Shown: positions 11,557 through 26,450 of the stretch, piece by piece
Numbering within the stretch: the first letter of the stretch is position 1
Layout: every line of letters begins with the position of its first letter
Assembly: GCA_013265495.1 (NCBI GenBank)
Contig: MU060071.1
Coordinates: 1 to 64,000 of the forward strand
Source of the DNA: Vicugna vicugna
Lineage: Eukaryota
Direction of reading: 5' to 3'
DNA: 64,000 nt
Made by a program: the position numbers and the translations under genes
Notes under the pieces: model-generated
What the model saw: only the letters and a program-made list of their open reading frames with translations
Database searches by the model: none
What the model was told of the DNA's origin: nothing

Positions 11557-14339
11557 GTTCTCTTGGGCAGTGGACCTGGTGGGCCCACAGCCGTGGTCAC
11601 GTTGCAGGAATGAGCCCCTCCCCCTGTTTCAGATTAGCAGAATTTTAACCATAGGTCCCCAGGTCACATCTCTACCCAGAACCCAGCATCCGGATAGAGG
11701 ACCCAGCTGGAGGGCAGGACCCTGGCCCAGGGGTCCACCCCTGACCATCAGTCTCCAAGGCCACACCTGAGCCTCCGGTTCCTCCACTGCCAGACTGACC
11801 CCGTCTCTGCCAGGTTACTGCAGCTCTGGCCCTGGTCAGTCTCCCCAGCCAGCTCCTGCATGCTCTGGTCAGAGCTTGCACAGCTGTCCCTACAGCTCAG
11901 CACTGGGGCCCTCCTCCCTCCTGGTCCCCTCCTCCCTCCTGGTCCCGCCCTCTGCCCACTTCCAGCTCCTGCACACAACGCCTCATTTCACTAGTCGTAA
12001 CTCTAGCAACTGCCCCATCAGTAGCTGCCATGTAGAGGTCAACCCCATCTCCCAGCCCTGCCCCTGCTGGTCCCTCATCCCCAAACCTGGCCCCTCACAG
12101 CCTCAGAGAAGCTGCCCCAGAAGATGCTGGGTGCCCCCACCATACCTGTCGAGAGGGCCCGTGGGCAATGGATAGGAAATGCTTGGTGTGGGACTCAGCA
12201 CACAGTAGGTGCCAATAACAGCTTCATCCTGCCAGCCAGAATCCTACCAGCTTCATCCTACCAGCCACCAAACTTGGTGCCAGAATCCCATCCATCCTGA
12301 AAACAGGGGGAGCACATAATTCTGTTACTTCAAGTAAAGGAGGTATCAGCTTTCCTAGCCCGTCCGAAAACCCCAAATAATTTCTTCCAATGTGACTAAA
12401 ATACTCTTAGCACCTAACGGTCTCCCAGGGTTTTTGGGCATAACATACAGTATTTTAAACACCACTTACATAACCGGTTGACAAACTACTCAAGAGGTTG
12501 TCTGTGAGCTGAGTGGAGGTGGCTGGACAGCACCATGTGCGAACGTTTCCCCCCTCCTTCGCCCTTCCAACTCTGCTTCTAACATTTTCCAGGCCCTTCG
12601 AGCTCACCTTGGCTCTCTGCGGGCACCCCGACAGCCTGGCACGTGTCCACAGAGGTCATCCGCACAAGCGGCCGTGCCCGGGCCGTGACAGGTGTGGCTG
12701 CAGCAGGGAAGCAGCTCCTAAGCACTGGGTGCCCCCCTCCCACCCCCGTCCTTGTCATGTGGTCACCCAGGCTTGCTCCTTTCAGCATCCTCCTGCGTCA
12801 CCTTGTGGGACAGGGTATGGGGCCGACAACCTTGGTCCCCTTATTTTGGCTGGTGGCTCAGGTAGTAAACTGTCCGAACCCACCCAGAGCACCTTGCTTC
12901 TTTACGGGCCGAATCCGCCAGCCTGTGTGACATGCCTGATTAACGTCAGGTAGACAGGTATTTTTGTGCAGTGACAAGTGCTAGGAAGAAAATGCAACAG
13001 AGGATGAGGCTGCTTCAGATCAGTGGTCAGGCTCGAGGGCCCCTCTGCAGAGGGGATGTCTGAGCTGAGTGACTGAGGCTTACAGGGTGGGGTCCATGTG
13101 GCTTGAGGGTGGGATGGGGCCCTTCAGGCCCTTGCCTGGAGACCCAGCCTTTGGGCCTGACTCCTGGAAGGGCCACCCCTCTCTGGAGCGTGTACAGGGC
13201 AGGGCCTTCAGGACACCTTCTCTCTGGGAGCCAGGAAGGTGCTGGGGCGGGAGCAACTGACCCCGAGCTGTGCTGCCCCCTGGTGGACAGTCACCAGAAG
13301 CAGCTGGAGGGGCGTGCCCTCAGCAACCTGCCGCACTTTCTCCTGTGTGGGCTCTGGACTAGCGGCCTTACCCAGGGACTGGGGATGGGAAGGCACCTTC
13401 AGGGCTAGCCTCCCACCCTGGCCCTCTGTGCCCCAGGGCCCCAGAATCCAAGCAGCCAGTCCCGAAGGCCTTACTCAGGCCTCTGCTGTAGCCCCACTCT
13501 TCCACCTTTCAGACTTGGCTCCTCTCCTAAACAACCCCCCTTTGCCTGGCTCTCTTCTTCCGTTGAGGGTCTGCCCCTTCACAGCCCCTGCTGACTCGCT
13601 CAGCCTACTCTCAAGAGGCTTCCTACTCCCACAACTTACCCGGCCACCTGCCGGGTGTCCCGGGTTGATGTTCCTTCCTCTTCCTCGTGGAGCATCTTCA
13701 TAGGGGGAAGGGCCCTACCTCACCCTGTCCACTGCTCCAGCTGGAGTCAGGAGAGAGGCCAAGCTTCAGCACCGAGGGGGGTCTTAGCCAGCTGGGACAG
13801 GAGTGGGGGTGAGGGGCAGGGCCTGAGGGAGGGACCCACGGGAAGGTATGTGGGTGCCTCCTGGGGTGGGCAAGTCATGGCCCATCATAGACTGAGCTTC
13901 TTGGAGGAGCTGTGTTCCATGGGCAAGTCCCTGCCTGCCTGGCCTTTGTCTCCCTGGAGGGAGGCCAAGCCAGAGGCCCTGGAAGTTGGCAGGGGCTGAA
14001 GGGTGCTGAGACAGGGGTTGGCAGGCAGGGCCTCCCCTTAAGTTCTGGGTAAACAGTGTGGGGAGGTGGCCCTTAGCCTGGCCCGGGAGGCAGCTCTGCA
14101 CCACCCCCTCCCAAACAGCTGCAGCTCCAGCCTCCCAGCACGCTGGGAGCAGACACCCCCACCTCTGCACCTGCGGAAGGAGTTTCACGAGAGGGCCACC
14201 AGGCTGTGGCTGGGCCAGGACAGCATGGAGAAGACCCCCAGCTGGAGGACAGAGGCCCTGGGTGGACTCTCTTCAGAGGTATCTGAGATCCAAGGCCCTC
14301 AGAAGGCTAAGTGGTGGCCTGGTTCCCCTGGGGAGATGA

Positions 14340-16541
<2,202 letters not shown>

Positions 16542-18399
16542 GGAGAGCAGGAGGACTTCTGGGGGCACAGAGCCCCAGGGGCCCTGAGCTTCTCACTGCA
16601 GGGCCAGAGCAGAACAGAAGGCTCCAGGCTCCCACAGCCTTCACAGAGGGTACAGGCACCTTATAGTCTGAAGCTGCCTGCTGGGAAGGCGAGAGCAGCG
16701 CAGAGGCTCCTGGAGGAGAAGCAAGAAGTGGCTTGAACCCCAGTAACAAGTTCCTGGCTGGACCTGAGATGGCCCCACTGAGTCCGGGGGCCGCGTCACC
16801 CCTGCAGCACCAGCCTCTCTGGCAGAGAGACTGAGCTGTGGCAGCAGAACTGACCAAAAGCTGACGGGCTCCGTTTGTCCACCATGGGGCTGTCACCCTC
16901 AGGGCTTCCTCTGTCCGTGGTAGCATTCTTCTTGTGTTTCCTTAGATTCAGTGTTTGTCTGTTGGCGTCCGCTCAGTGACTGCAGGACCAAACGAGTGGC
17001 CAGTTGTCTTTCTCGCCCCTGCCGTCCCGAGCCACCTTCTCTCAGTACCCAGCCCTGAACCACCCAGGCCCACTGGACTATCGAACAAGCCGGTCCTCGA
17101 CTGTGTCCCTGCCCTGCCTCATCTTTCCTGTGGGAACCCCAGTGAAGGCTTGAGCCTCCCACCTCCTGCTCCTGCTTCTACCTCCTGGTTGACACTAGTG
17201 CTTCTGCCTGTTTCCGCCAGGAAACCTAAGAAAGAAAAATGGTTTTTTCAATTGCATTAGCCACTCACGGTTATCACTCAGTCATATCTGTAAATTACGC
17301 TCCTGTGGTCCAACCACACAGAGGGACAGTTGTCTCCAGTGGCCCCTCTAATGTGCTCTCACAGAAAATCATTGCGGTTCGTTGATTGTTCTGGAAGAAC
17401 GTCTTTAGAGGACAGATTTCCTCTTTCAAAAGTGAAAACTGTCATGCCAAATGAGCACCTCTGTCCAGGGATTATGGGAGCACTTGGATGTCACTCCTGA
17501 GGCAATGGAAGCCTTGGGGGGGGGTTTGTGCTTGTGTAACATGGTCCTCGTGGCCCATGGAGCCAGCTCGTGCAGAGTGGGCTGTTCCTGGGACGGGGAG
17601 CCCAGGAGCCAGTGAGATGGCGGTGGCACAGCAGTGGAGGTGGGGGAGGCAGGCAGCACCGGGAGGATTCTGTGGGCAGGGCCCTGTGTGCTTGCTGATG
17701 GGTTTGAGGTGGGGGGCCAGGGAAAGGGAGACCTCACACTGACCCTAGCGAGGCTTGGGCCCGAGGTGGTGGGGTGAGTGGGAAACCTTAATCGTGATGG
17801 GGAGAGCAGGTGCACAGGAGATGAGAATGTGGGAAAGGTGGGGGCTGTGGTGACATCTCTGATGTTGTCAGAGTAAAGATGGTTTCTAAAGCTGCAGGAC
17901 ACACCAACACCCAGCTTCCAGCACAGCCTGTGGGCTCTGCTCCAGAGCCACACACAGTCTGACGGCCTCTCGCCTCCCCTGCTGAGTCCACTATGTCCAG
18001 GCACCAGCAGCCTTGTCGGGAGCATTGCCATAACCAGGCAGGCCCCCAGCCTAGCTGGTCTTCTCGTTTGAGCCCCTGACTCCCTGTGGGCTGTTCTCAG
18101 AACAGTAGCTATAACCTATTGACTATCCTGCTCACAGTCTCCCCAGTGACTCCCTCTCCCCAGTGGAGTGTAAACGAAATATGGCATATTGTGTTGTTCA
18201 CAAATGCTCCAGCGATCTCATCCACCACCGTGCTCTTTCCAGCGCGATCTCCATGCTCCCCCGTCCAGAGCTGGAGTCTGGGTCTCCACCTCTTGACTGT
18301 TCTGGCCACCCGAGTCCTGCCGAAGTGATGCCCTATGACTTTCCAAGGTGCAGGGTGGCTGCCACGGGGTAAGGAAGCCTAGGGCCGTGTGCTACACGG

Positions 18400-18600
18400 G
18401 ACATTAAAGGCCCTCCTCGACCTCCAGGGCCCACACATCCTGACCAGCCTCTATCTCCAGGCTCCCGCTTGCTCATTGGCCCCGGACCCACTCTGGCTCA
18501 CTGACCTTGATTACACCAAGCCTCGCACTTGCTGATCCCTGTGCCTGCCCTCAGCCACTGCCTTCTTCACTGGAATAGCACCTCTCTGCGCACTCTTCTA
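18400..18600 (+). mobile_element. Probable L2 LINE fragment
   Basis: C/T-rich decayed sequence (agcctctatctccaggctccc...gcacttgctgatccctgtgcctg...ctggaatagcacctct) resembling the L2 3' body. Confidence 0.45.
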
Positions 18601-18989
18601 ACGCTATATAAATGGTACCCCTCAAGGTAAACCTCTTCTTTAAAGGGAATGCCAATAAATACGGAGAGTTAGAAAGTCAGCAATGGACGCTCGAGTTGGT
18701 GAGTGCAAGTCGTCTTGGAGTGTGGAGGTCACAGAGGGTGCTGCTCAGATACCCTTCAAGGCTCCACCTGTCTTTGAGCTTCAAGTCCACGGCAGTATTT
18801 TAGCCAATGGCACACTTTTCCTGACGGCCCCAGACACTGGCTGAGCTCAGGTGCTGGGGTCTGGCCATTTCTGCCCAACACAAGATTTCCCAAATAGGCA
18901 GTCTCTGCCTCGGAACGACTGGGTCAGCCCAGACGTTGCCCCATCTGCACCCGCTCTCTCCCACGCGCAAGACAGGGTGCAACACCATA

Positions 18990-19750
18990 CTCCTATTTGC
19001 ATCTCAGCATCTGCTGACAGGAAGGCCTACAACTCTCAAAGCATTTGTTTCTCCACAAGCTACTAATTAGTTACAAAAGTAAAAGTGGGGGAGAAACCTG
19101 GCAAGCAATTCCATAATCAAGTGGTTAAAGCTGATGTTTTCCATGTTGGAACAGGCCTCCTGATACCACGCACAGAGAAGGACACAATGTAATCTCTGCG
19201 GTATTCTGCTAAAAATGTGTAACCCAGTTATAATCACGAGGAGACATCAGATGAACTCGAGAGGCATTCTACAAAATAACTAGCCTGGACTTTTCAGGAA
19301 TGCCAAGGTCAAGAAAAACAAAGAAATGCTGAAGAACTGTTCCAGATTAAGACTAAAAATGAGACACAACAACTATAGGCAGCGCAGGATCCCGGACAGG
19401 GGAAAATGCGGTGAAGATCATTTGACAGAACTGGGTATGGACTGTGGTCTAGACAGTAGTATTGCGTTAATCTTGAATTTCCCGATTTTGATCCTTGTGC
19501 TGTGACTTGTAAGAGAATGACCTTGTCCTAAAGAAATACACAGTGAAATATTTAGTTATCTTCCACTTCCTCTCAAATGGACCAGAGGAAAAACTCACTG
19601 TGTGCTTATGAACATTTATAGCGGGAATGACTTTTAAAAATGGAGCAAATGTAAACAGTTGGTACATTTGGGTAAAGCATATTGGGGAGTTTCTGGAACT
19701 AGTCTTGCAACTTTTCTGTAACTTAAAATTATGCCCAGAGTTAAAGTTAC
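18990..19750 (+). mobile_element. Old LINE-1 3' end (L1MC-like)
   Basis: L1MC-type motifs: ggagaaacctggcaagcaa, ggcattctacaaaataactagcc, gaagaactgttccagattaa, cttgcaacttttctgtaac. Confidence 0.7.
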
Positions 19751-19879
19751 AAAGGAAGTGCACACTCCCTTCATTGTTTCATGTAATAATGATAATATAA
19801 TGGTACTGTGGTAAAATGGTGACAAAGTATACGCAGTATTTATATTGTACGTGCCATTCCAATCCTTTCAAAGTGCACA

Positions 19880-20700
19880 GCTCAGCAGCAAAAGGGGACC
19901 GGGACGCTCGGTCGGAGGCAGCGGGGCCCGGCTGGGCTCTGCAGGACCCGCCAACCTCCGCTAGGGGCTCACCTCCAGCCATCACCGCCCCGCCCCGCCC
20001 CGCCCCGCCCCTCCTGAGCACGCGCACTGGGCAGGGCGAGGGCGCGGGCCCGGAGCGCACGCGCGGCGCGCCGGAAATCGCTGTGTGGTGGGGGGGCGCT
20101 GACCCGGAAGTGCTCGCGCGGCGGCGGCGGCGAGGGCAAGACACGCGCGCTTTGTTGGACTGAGGCGCCGGCTGGCGGGCGCCATGGTCTTCTTGACTGC
20201 GCCGCTCTGGCTGCGGAGCCGCCTCACCGACCGCTACTGGCGGGTCCAGGAGGTGCTGAAGCACGCGCGGGTGAGTGTGCCGCGCGCCCCGCGCCCCTGC
20301 CCGGCGCGCGTATGGGCCCCGCCGACCGCGTTGTCTCCCATTTCTTGACCCAGCATTTCCGAGGAAGGAAGAATCGGTGCTACCGGCTGGCGGTCAGAGC
20401 TGTGACGAGAGCGTTCGTGAAATGCACCCGAGCCCGCAGGCTGAAGAAGAGGAACATGAGGACGGTAAGCCCAGCCCGCGTCGGCCTCCGCCTCGCTGCC
20501 CCGGACCCTCCGGAGCTAAGGGCGGCGACTCTGACCCTGGAGAGTCAGCAGGGCCTCACTCGCCGCGGAGGCGGCCCCAGCCCGTAAGCCAGTCGTTCCT
20601 GTGCACGTGGTCTGCGAGGACCGGCCTCGGCAGCCCCGCCCTCCCCGTGGGGTTCCGCTCAGTCGGGGACACGTGCGCCTGCCGCTGGAGGACAGCGGAG
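19880..20700 (+). promoter_or_regulatory. CpG island / MRPL20 promoter with tandem GC boxes and ETS (CCGGAAGT) motif
   Basis: (CCCCG)n run at ~19985-20011; ccggaagt at ~20104-20111; high CpG density up to the ATG at 20184. Confidence 0.75.
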
Positions 20701-22809
20701 GGTCTCAGCGCAGGGTCCCGGTGCAGCAACAGCAGCAGCAGCCTTGCACGGAACCTGCTGAAATGCTGAGTCTCAGCACCTCCCCACCCCGCGGGCACCC
20801 ATTGAATTGAGAGCTCTTGAGGTGGGGCCCAGCAATCTGTTCTAACAAACCTTTAGGTAGTTCTGATGCGCATTCAAACTTGAGAACCACTGAAACACAG
20901 GAAGAAAGTTGACTTGAGTGTGTCTTAAGATTGAGAAAAGAATGCCTTGAAAGAGTCTCTTAGGCCCCACCTTGTTTAGCAGATCCATTCAGAGCTTCCC
21001 GATCTTTCCCACCTGCCTACAAGCCTTGACTTCCCTGTGGTTAAGGGAACGGACCCGCTGCTTCTGGCCAGCCAGGTCCTTTGTGAGGCCCCTCCTGCAG
21101 CTTCCACCTGGATTGTTCCACGCCTGCCTGGCGACACCCGTCTCACTGGCTGTCACAGTCCATCCGCGGGTCCCTTTGGAGCTGTGCCTGGCAGAGACTC
21201 TTGCTCATCTTTGGATAAACGTGTGGAATTAACGCTTCCCAGCGCATGACCTTCTTGCTAAACCCTTTAGAAGGAAGCTGGCCTTTGGGTAAAGAGCCCA
21301 GGCCTTTGCTCACGGTGTCTGTACTACAGCTTGTTTGCCTGAATAAAACACTGACTTTGGTATTTGCTTTTACAAAAAACCTTTTAATTTAGTTAGAACC
21401 TTTGCTGGGAGGTGTGGACATAACATACTGCTAGTTCTGAAGCATCTTAAAAATTTTCTTATTTCAGCTCTGGATTAATCGAATTACAGCTGCTTCCCAG
21501 GAACACGGCCTGAAGTACCCAGCATTCATTGCCAATTTAATTAAGGTACGGTTGAGGATGTGGTTCTGTTGCAACGCTGAACGGCTTCATAAGTCTTCCC
21601 AGTTGTCATGGTCCAGCAGCCCATACGGTGGGACGTTAGCGCCCTAACGTTGCTTTCATTCTTGGGGTGCAGTTCTAGCAGCTTCAGGGACTTGTCACAC
21701 TTGCTCTGCCCTTGCCCTGTGGTACCAAGACATGGGCCTTGGTGTTTCCCCATCAAGAAAAAATATGGGAAGACTTGACTTTAAAGTTTAATTTCAAAGT
21801 TTTTACACTGAATGAATTCTGATGAGGTAGCAGATCAAGTTGAAACTCATAATGAAAAAGGAGGGGAAACATCTTGGAGGGGAGAGATGAAGCACGTGTC
21901 ACAAAATCTCTGCATCTGGTGATTATCCTATTTTCTCTGCTTTTGTGTGCACTTAAATTATTTCCCAGAAAGCTGGGGGAGTGGGTGTTATGCTTCTGCC
22001 TTATACCAGACCCTGTCTCTGGCACTTCACAGAGATCCTCAGGGTAAGTGTGAGGGTGACACTTCCATTTGACTGAGGGGAGCTGAGGCTCAGAAAGGAG
22101 AGGGACTTTGCCCAAGGCCCATGGGTCCCACGTAGTAGAACAGGATCCACTCCTGCGTAGCTGCATTCAGTGCCAGGAGACCCTCCCCTCTTTTTTCTGC
22201 ACTTCAGGCTCCCTGGCACTGTCCATCCGTTTTCTGATGTTTACTTGGTAGTCTGGCTCTCTTGTGGAAATCAGGAATGCTTGGTTCTGATCCTGGTTCC
22301 TCTGCTCGTGCCTCTTCTGTGTCTCATTTTTCATCATTTGTAAAATGGGAATTGCGGTTTCCTCTTCCCAGATGACTTAAAGGGTCACCCCCGGCCAGAA
22401 ATCTCTAAAGAAGGCCCTTGGGTCCATGGCTGGCACCAGGAGCAATGCCCCTACCCAACCCCTGTCCACACTGACCCTCCAGGGTCCTGCTTCACCACTC
22501 CCCTCTCCCTCTGATGCTCACGTGATATTTGCTGAGGTGATTCAAATCGTAGGATGCTCAGCTGTGTTCCGAGTCTAATTATGTTTCACTGAAATGCATT
22601 TTTGATGCTGAAACAGACTCTGGTTCTCTTTCCAGTGCCGGGTGGAGCTCAACAGGAAAGTACTCGCAGACCTAGCCATCTATGAACCAAAGACTTTTAA
22701 ATCTTTGGCTTCTTTAGCCAAAAGGAGGCGACAGGAAGGATTTGCTGCTGCCTTGGGGGATGGGAAAGAGCCAGAAGGCATTTTTTCCAGGGTGGCACAT
22801 CACCACTGA
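20184..22809 (+). CDS. MRPL20: Mitochondrial ribosomal protein L20 (bL20m), 149 aa. CDS exons 20184-20270, 20354-20464, 21468-21545, 22636-22809
   Basis: [29 protein letters not shown]|[17 protein letters not shown]...NMRT|[26 protein letters not shown]|[25 protein letters not shown]...IFSRVAHHH*. All introns phase 0, GT-AG. Confidence 0.98.
20700..20892 (+). mobile_element. MER5A-like hAT-Charlie DNA transposon (non-autonomous)
   Basis: ggtggggcccagcaatctgttctaacaaacc...ttctgatgcg...aaacttgagaaccactg resembles the MER5A body and terminal inverted repeat. Confidence 0.75.
21985..22165 (-). mobile_element. MIR SINE fragment
   Basis: ctgaggggagctgaggctcagaaaggagagggactttgcccaagg resembles the reverse MIR core. 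Confidence 0.55.
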
Positions 22810-23029
22810 AGGAGGATGCCGACACCAACTGTCCTTTGCAGCTGAGCATCTTAGGGAAAGGCTTTTCCCTGCTGTGATGATTATACTAAAATAGGGACTA
22901 AAAAGTATTTGTGAGCAGTGTAAGTCTGACTTGTGTTTGTGTTCCTTTACACTTCAGTTAACAGCCCTGAGAGAAAAGGCCTGTCTTCTCATTGGCACAG
23001 GTTCAGAAATATCTCACATGGATCTTGTA

Positions 23030-23035
23030 AATAAA
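23030..23035 (+). terminator. Candidate MRPL20 polyadenylation signal (AATAAA)
   Basis: AATAAA ~220 nt after the stop, followed by GT-rich sequence; ACTAAA variants near 22885-22900 are alternatives. Confidence 0.5.
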
Positions 23036-23649
23036 GCTTGTGTGGTGTTGGGCTTTTTGAGCTGTGTTCTTTGGTGTCAGCAAACACACCGCAGGTGCGC
23101 CTGCCTGGGTGCCTGTGATGTGGTGAGTGAGGCTGCCAGGGTGAGAGGGGGTCAACTGAACATGCGCCTCTAGGAACCTTAGATCCTCCTGCAAGTAGGG
23201 GGTGGGGTGCGCCAGGCCTGTGATCTCTGGCCCTGCCCATCCCGCCTGTTTCCAGCAGGGATTCCACGGCTCAGCTCTTCAGCCACTCTGAGCACCAGGC
23301 TTCCTGCTGTCTTCCAGCCCAGCAGGCAGCAAGCGGGGTCCCAGTCTCACCTGAGCCCCCACAGGCAGGATGACCATCAGATTACTTGGGAAGCCTTAAT
23401 GTAGGGTTCCAGTCCCTCTCCCAGATACCTGACTTCATTAATAACAGAGCCAAGTCCAGAAGTAACTTCTCAGCACTGCCAGTTGTGTCCCCACTATCCA
23501 TTGCATGGGGCCAGGGCCTCCCCTTGCTGTCTCTGGGAGCTAGTTCTGCCCTCGGCCTTGTTCTTCTGCATTTTGAGCCCCTGTAGCTCCCACCTCCTAT
23601 CTGGTCTGTTATCGGGCTCACCCGATAGCTCTCACGAGCTATCTCCTAG

Positions 23650-24010
23650 TACCAAAACCCAAGGGATACTGTCAGTCCTGGACCCCAAAGGTCACACACT
23701 CCCTTTCCTCTGCTTGCTGCCAACCAGGGTTCTTACCTCACCATTCCTCACACCCTCGGCCCAGGAGAGCTCTTTAAGCCCAGGGTCGCTGTCTGACTCC
23801 TGCACTTACCTGGCAATGCCCACCTGGCCCCACTCCAAAACTCCCATGCTGAGTCTTACGGTGATGCCCTCCTCTGTCCTTTGCCAGCAGTCCCCTGGAA
23901 GAAATTACTTCTTTGGACCCAACACCCACCTCCAACTGTGCACTCTTCTCCATCCTCGCCACAGGCCAACATCTCTTCTGGCTCCAAATACTGCAATGGC
24001 TTCCTAAGAG
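23650..24010 (+). mobile_element. L2 LINE fragment
   Basis: cactcttctccatcctcgccacaggccaacatctcttctggctccaaatactgcaatggcttcctaa resembles the L2 ORF2 end / 3' region. Confidence 0.5.
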
Positions 24011-25289
24011 GCCCCTCCTCCTGGCCCTTGTCACGGTGTCTAATGATGGCCACTGAACTGTAAGCATTTGGAGGCCCGGGGCTGAGTCCTGTTTTGCCAC
24101 AACCACTGCAGTGGCTGACTACACAGTTCATCAGTTCATCCACAGACAACAGGGTAGAGAATACAGAGGGTCCTCTGGTGTGGGGACCAAGTACTGTGCA
24201 GAATGCACTGATGTGGAGGAGCTGCCTTTTCTTTGTTCATCTCGGTAAAGGAAGATGGGGATGTGACAGACAACTGTGGGCTGCTCCTGGCACCCACGCC
24301 CCCTCCAGCCACAGGACCCAGTTTTCCTTTCATGCAGGCCAAGGACCAGAGCCTGGCTCTGACTGGCTAGAGCCATCAGCTCTTCCCTCTCCTCTAGCTG
24401 TTCAGGAAATGGACAGGTAATCCAAGAAGGCCCAATGAGAAGCTCTTTCCTGGGGCTTCTGGATGAGGAAATTATTCCTTTCATGGACAGTGTGCTGCTG
24501 TAGCCTGCAAAGAGGAGACATCCAGGACCTGGCAGCCTAGGGGTAGGGGAGACGGGGCACTGTAACCATGTTGCTCACGGGAGTGGAGAAGAGAGAGACT
24601 GGGTTTTAGCCTGCACTGTTCCTGAGCTGCAGGGTCAAGTCTCACTTGAGTGAAAGCCAGTGGTGGCCTCTGGGTTTGGGCAGGTTTGAGTTGAGTGCAG
24701 TTACTGGCAGATCCCAAGGGTCTGAACCTGCCCCCACCTCAAGCTGTCAGTCATCAAGGCCTTCCCACCATCCTTACACAGGTTCTTGCACTAGTCCTGG
24801 TGAAACGTTTAGAATAACTGTTCAGCAACAGACAACTAATACTGCATCTGACGTGACAGCAACACTGCTGCCTGGTGATGTAAAAACCACCAGAAGCTGT
24901 CAGTCATTAATCCTGAGAGCGCCTGCTACAACCGGTGGGGGAATGGAGGGTCAAATCCCTCGACGGCTTCCCGCTGTTTGCAGTATACAGTCTCAGCCTC
25001 TTCCCGTGGCCCCGGGGGGCATCCTAGCCTGGCTCCTCGCCCCCCAACTCGGTTAGAACTCACGCCTTTTGCAGTCAGTGGCTCTGTAGAAACACCGCAT
25101 TATAAACGTTTCCAGCTATCTTCTCTCTTCCTGTGGACTCAATTCTGAAGGCAAGAACTCTGAATCTGGCGTTGTATCTTTACCCTAAACCTGGACTCAG
25201 TAAACGCTCGAGAGTAAAGACCATGCCAGCGGCCACGAATTAACTGGCAAACGTATGACGTTGCTGCTGGGCGTGGGCTGGGGACAACT

Positions 25290-26450
25290 TACCAGCGCGT
25301 GCGTCAATGCTTTCAGGCCGGGGGCCTCCGAGACCTTCGACGCCTCCAACCAAGCCCTCCCTGCTCCAGTGGCCCGCAGGGCGCAATCCCGGCAGAGGGA
25401 GAGCCGCCACCCCCTTACGGGCCCACGGAACAGTGGGCGCCCGCCGGACCCTGCCAGACCCCCAGGAAGCCTGGGGCAGCGGTGGAAGCCTCACGAGCTC
25501 CCGGTCCTTTGCGAAGACCGAACCACCGCGCCGAAGCAGTCCGGGCCCTAAAGGGTGCCCGGAGCCGGCATCAGCCACTAGTGCTTCCGGGTCGGGGCCC
25601 AGACCCCGGCCTCGCTCGGCCGCTGCGGGGCCCACTGGGTAACGAGCCCGCCCGCGCCTGCTCCCGTGCCGGGTTGCTACGTCAGCCACGACGCTGACGG
25701 GCAGGAGGCACAGCCAATCGCGAGAAGGCGGCGCCGGGCCGTCCGCCGGTCGAACCAATGGCACGTGGCGGGGCGGGGCGGTCGCGGCCGTAGAGCGTCG
25801 TGAGGAGCCGCCCTGCCGGGAAGGAGCTCGAAAGGGAGTCGGCGGCACAAAATGGCGGCGGCGGCGGCAGCGGCGGCGGCGGCGGGGACGGCCACGGCCG
25901 GGGCTCCGGGGCCGGCGGCCCCCGCGACAGCGGCCGGCACGCCGGGCTCCGGGAGCGCGGTCCCCGCGTCGCAGGGGGTGCTGATCGGGGACCGGCTGTA
26001 CTCCGGGGTGCTCATCACCTTGGAGAACTGCCTCCTGCCCGACGACAAGCTCCGCTTCACGCCGTCCATGTCGAGTGGCCTCGACACAGACACGGAGACC
26101 GACCTCCGCGTGGTGGGCTGCGAGCTCATCCAGGCGGCCGGCATCCTGCTCCGCCTGCCGCAGGTGAGGGAGCGGCCGCGAGCCTCAGGCTGAGGTAACC
26201 GCCGCGCCGGCCGGAGGAGGCAGCCGGGCCCTTTGTTGGCTGCGAGGCCGGCCCAGCCGGACCCAGGCCCAGCGCCGACCCCCGACCCCTCTCATCCCGC
26301 CTGGGACTTGTGTCCAGCGCTGACCCCTGACCCCGACCCCTTAGTCTCCGCCTGGCATCCGGGACCCGCGACGAGCGCTGGCCCAGCTTCACTGCTACGG
26401 CCCACCAGAGGTGGCGAGGGAGGCAGGGCAGCAGGTCGGGAAGAGCCTTT
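25290..26450. promoter_or_regulatory. CpG island / CCNL2 promoter, probably bidirectional
   Basis: CCAAT boxes at 25714 and 25755, TCGCGAGA at 25718-25725, E-box CACGTG at 25762, GC boxes GGGGCGGGGC, very high CpG density. Confidence 0.8.

Noticed and set aside
11909-11944. 18-bp tandem duplication, and a similar ~20-bp near-repeat at 12221-12268
   Set aside because: Ordinary two-copy slippage duplications in non-coding DNA with no functional signal.
12560-12953. Pyrimidine tract plus cag acceptor at 12592 and a 146-aa ORF
   Set aside because: No matching upstream donor or recognisable product; the CTAAC is too close to the AG for a typical branch point.
20720-20742. CAG/CAA run suggesting polyglutamine
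   Set aside because: Intronic and part of the MER5A-like element.
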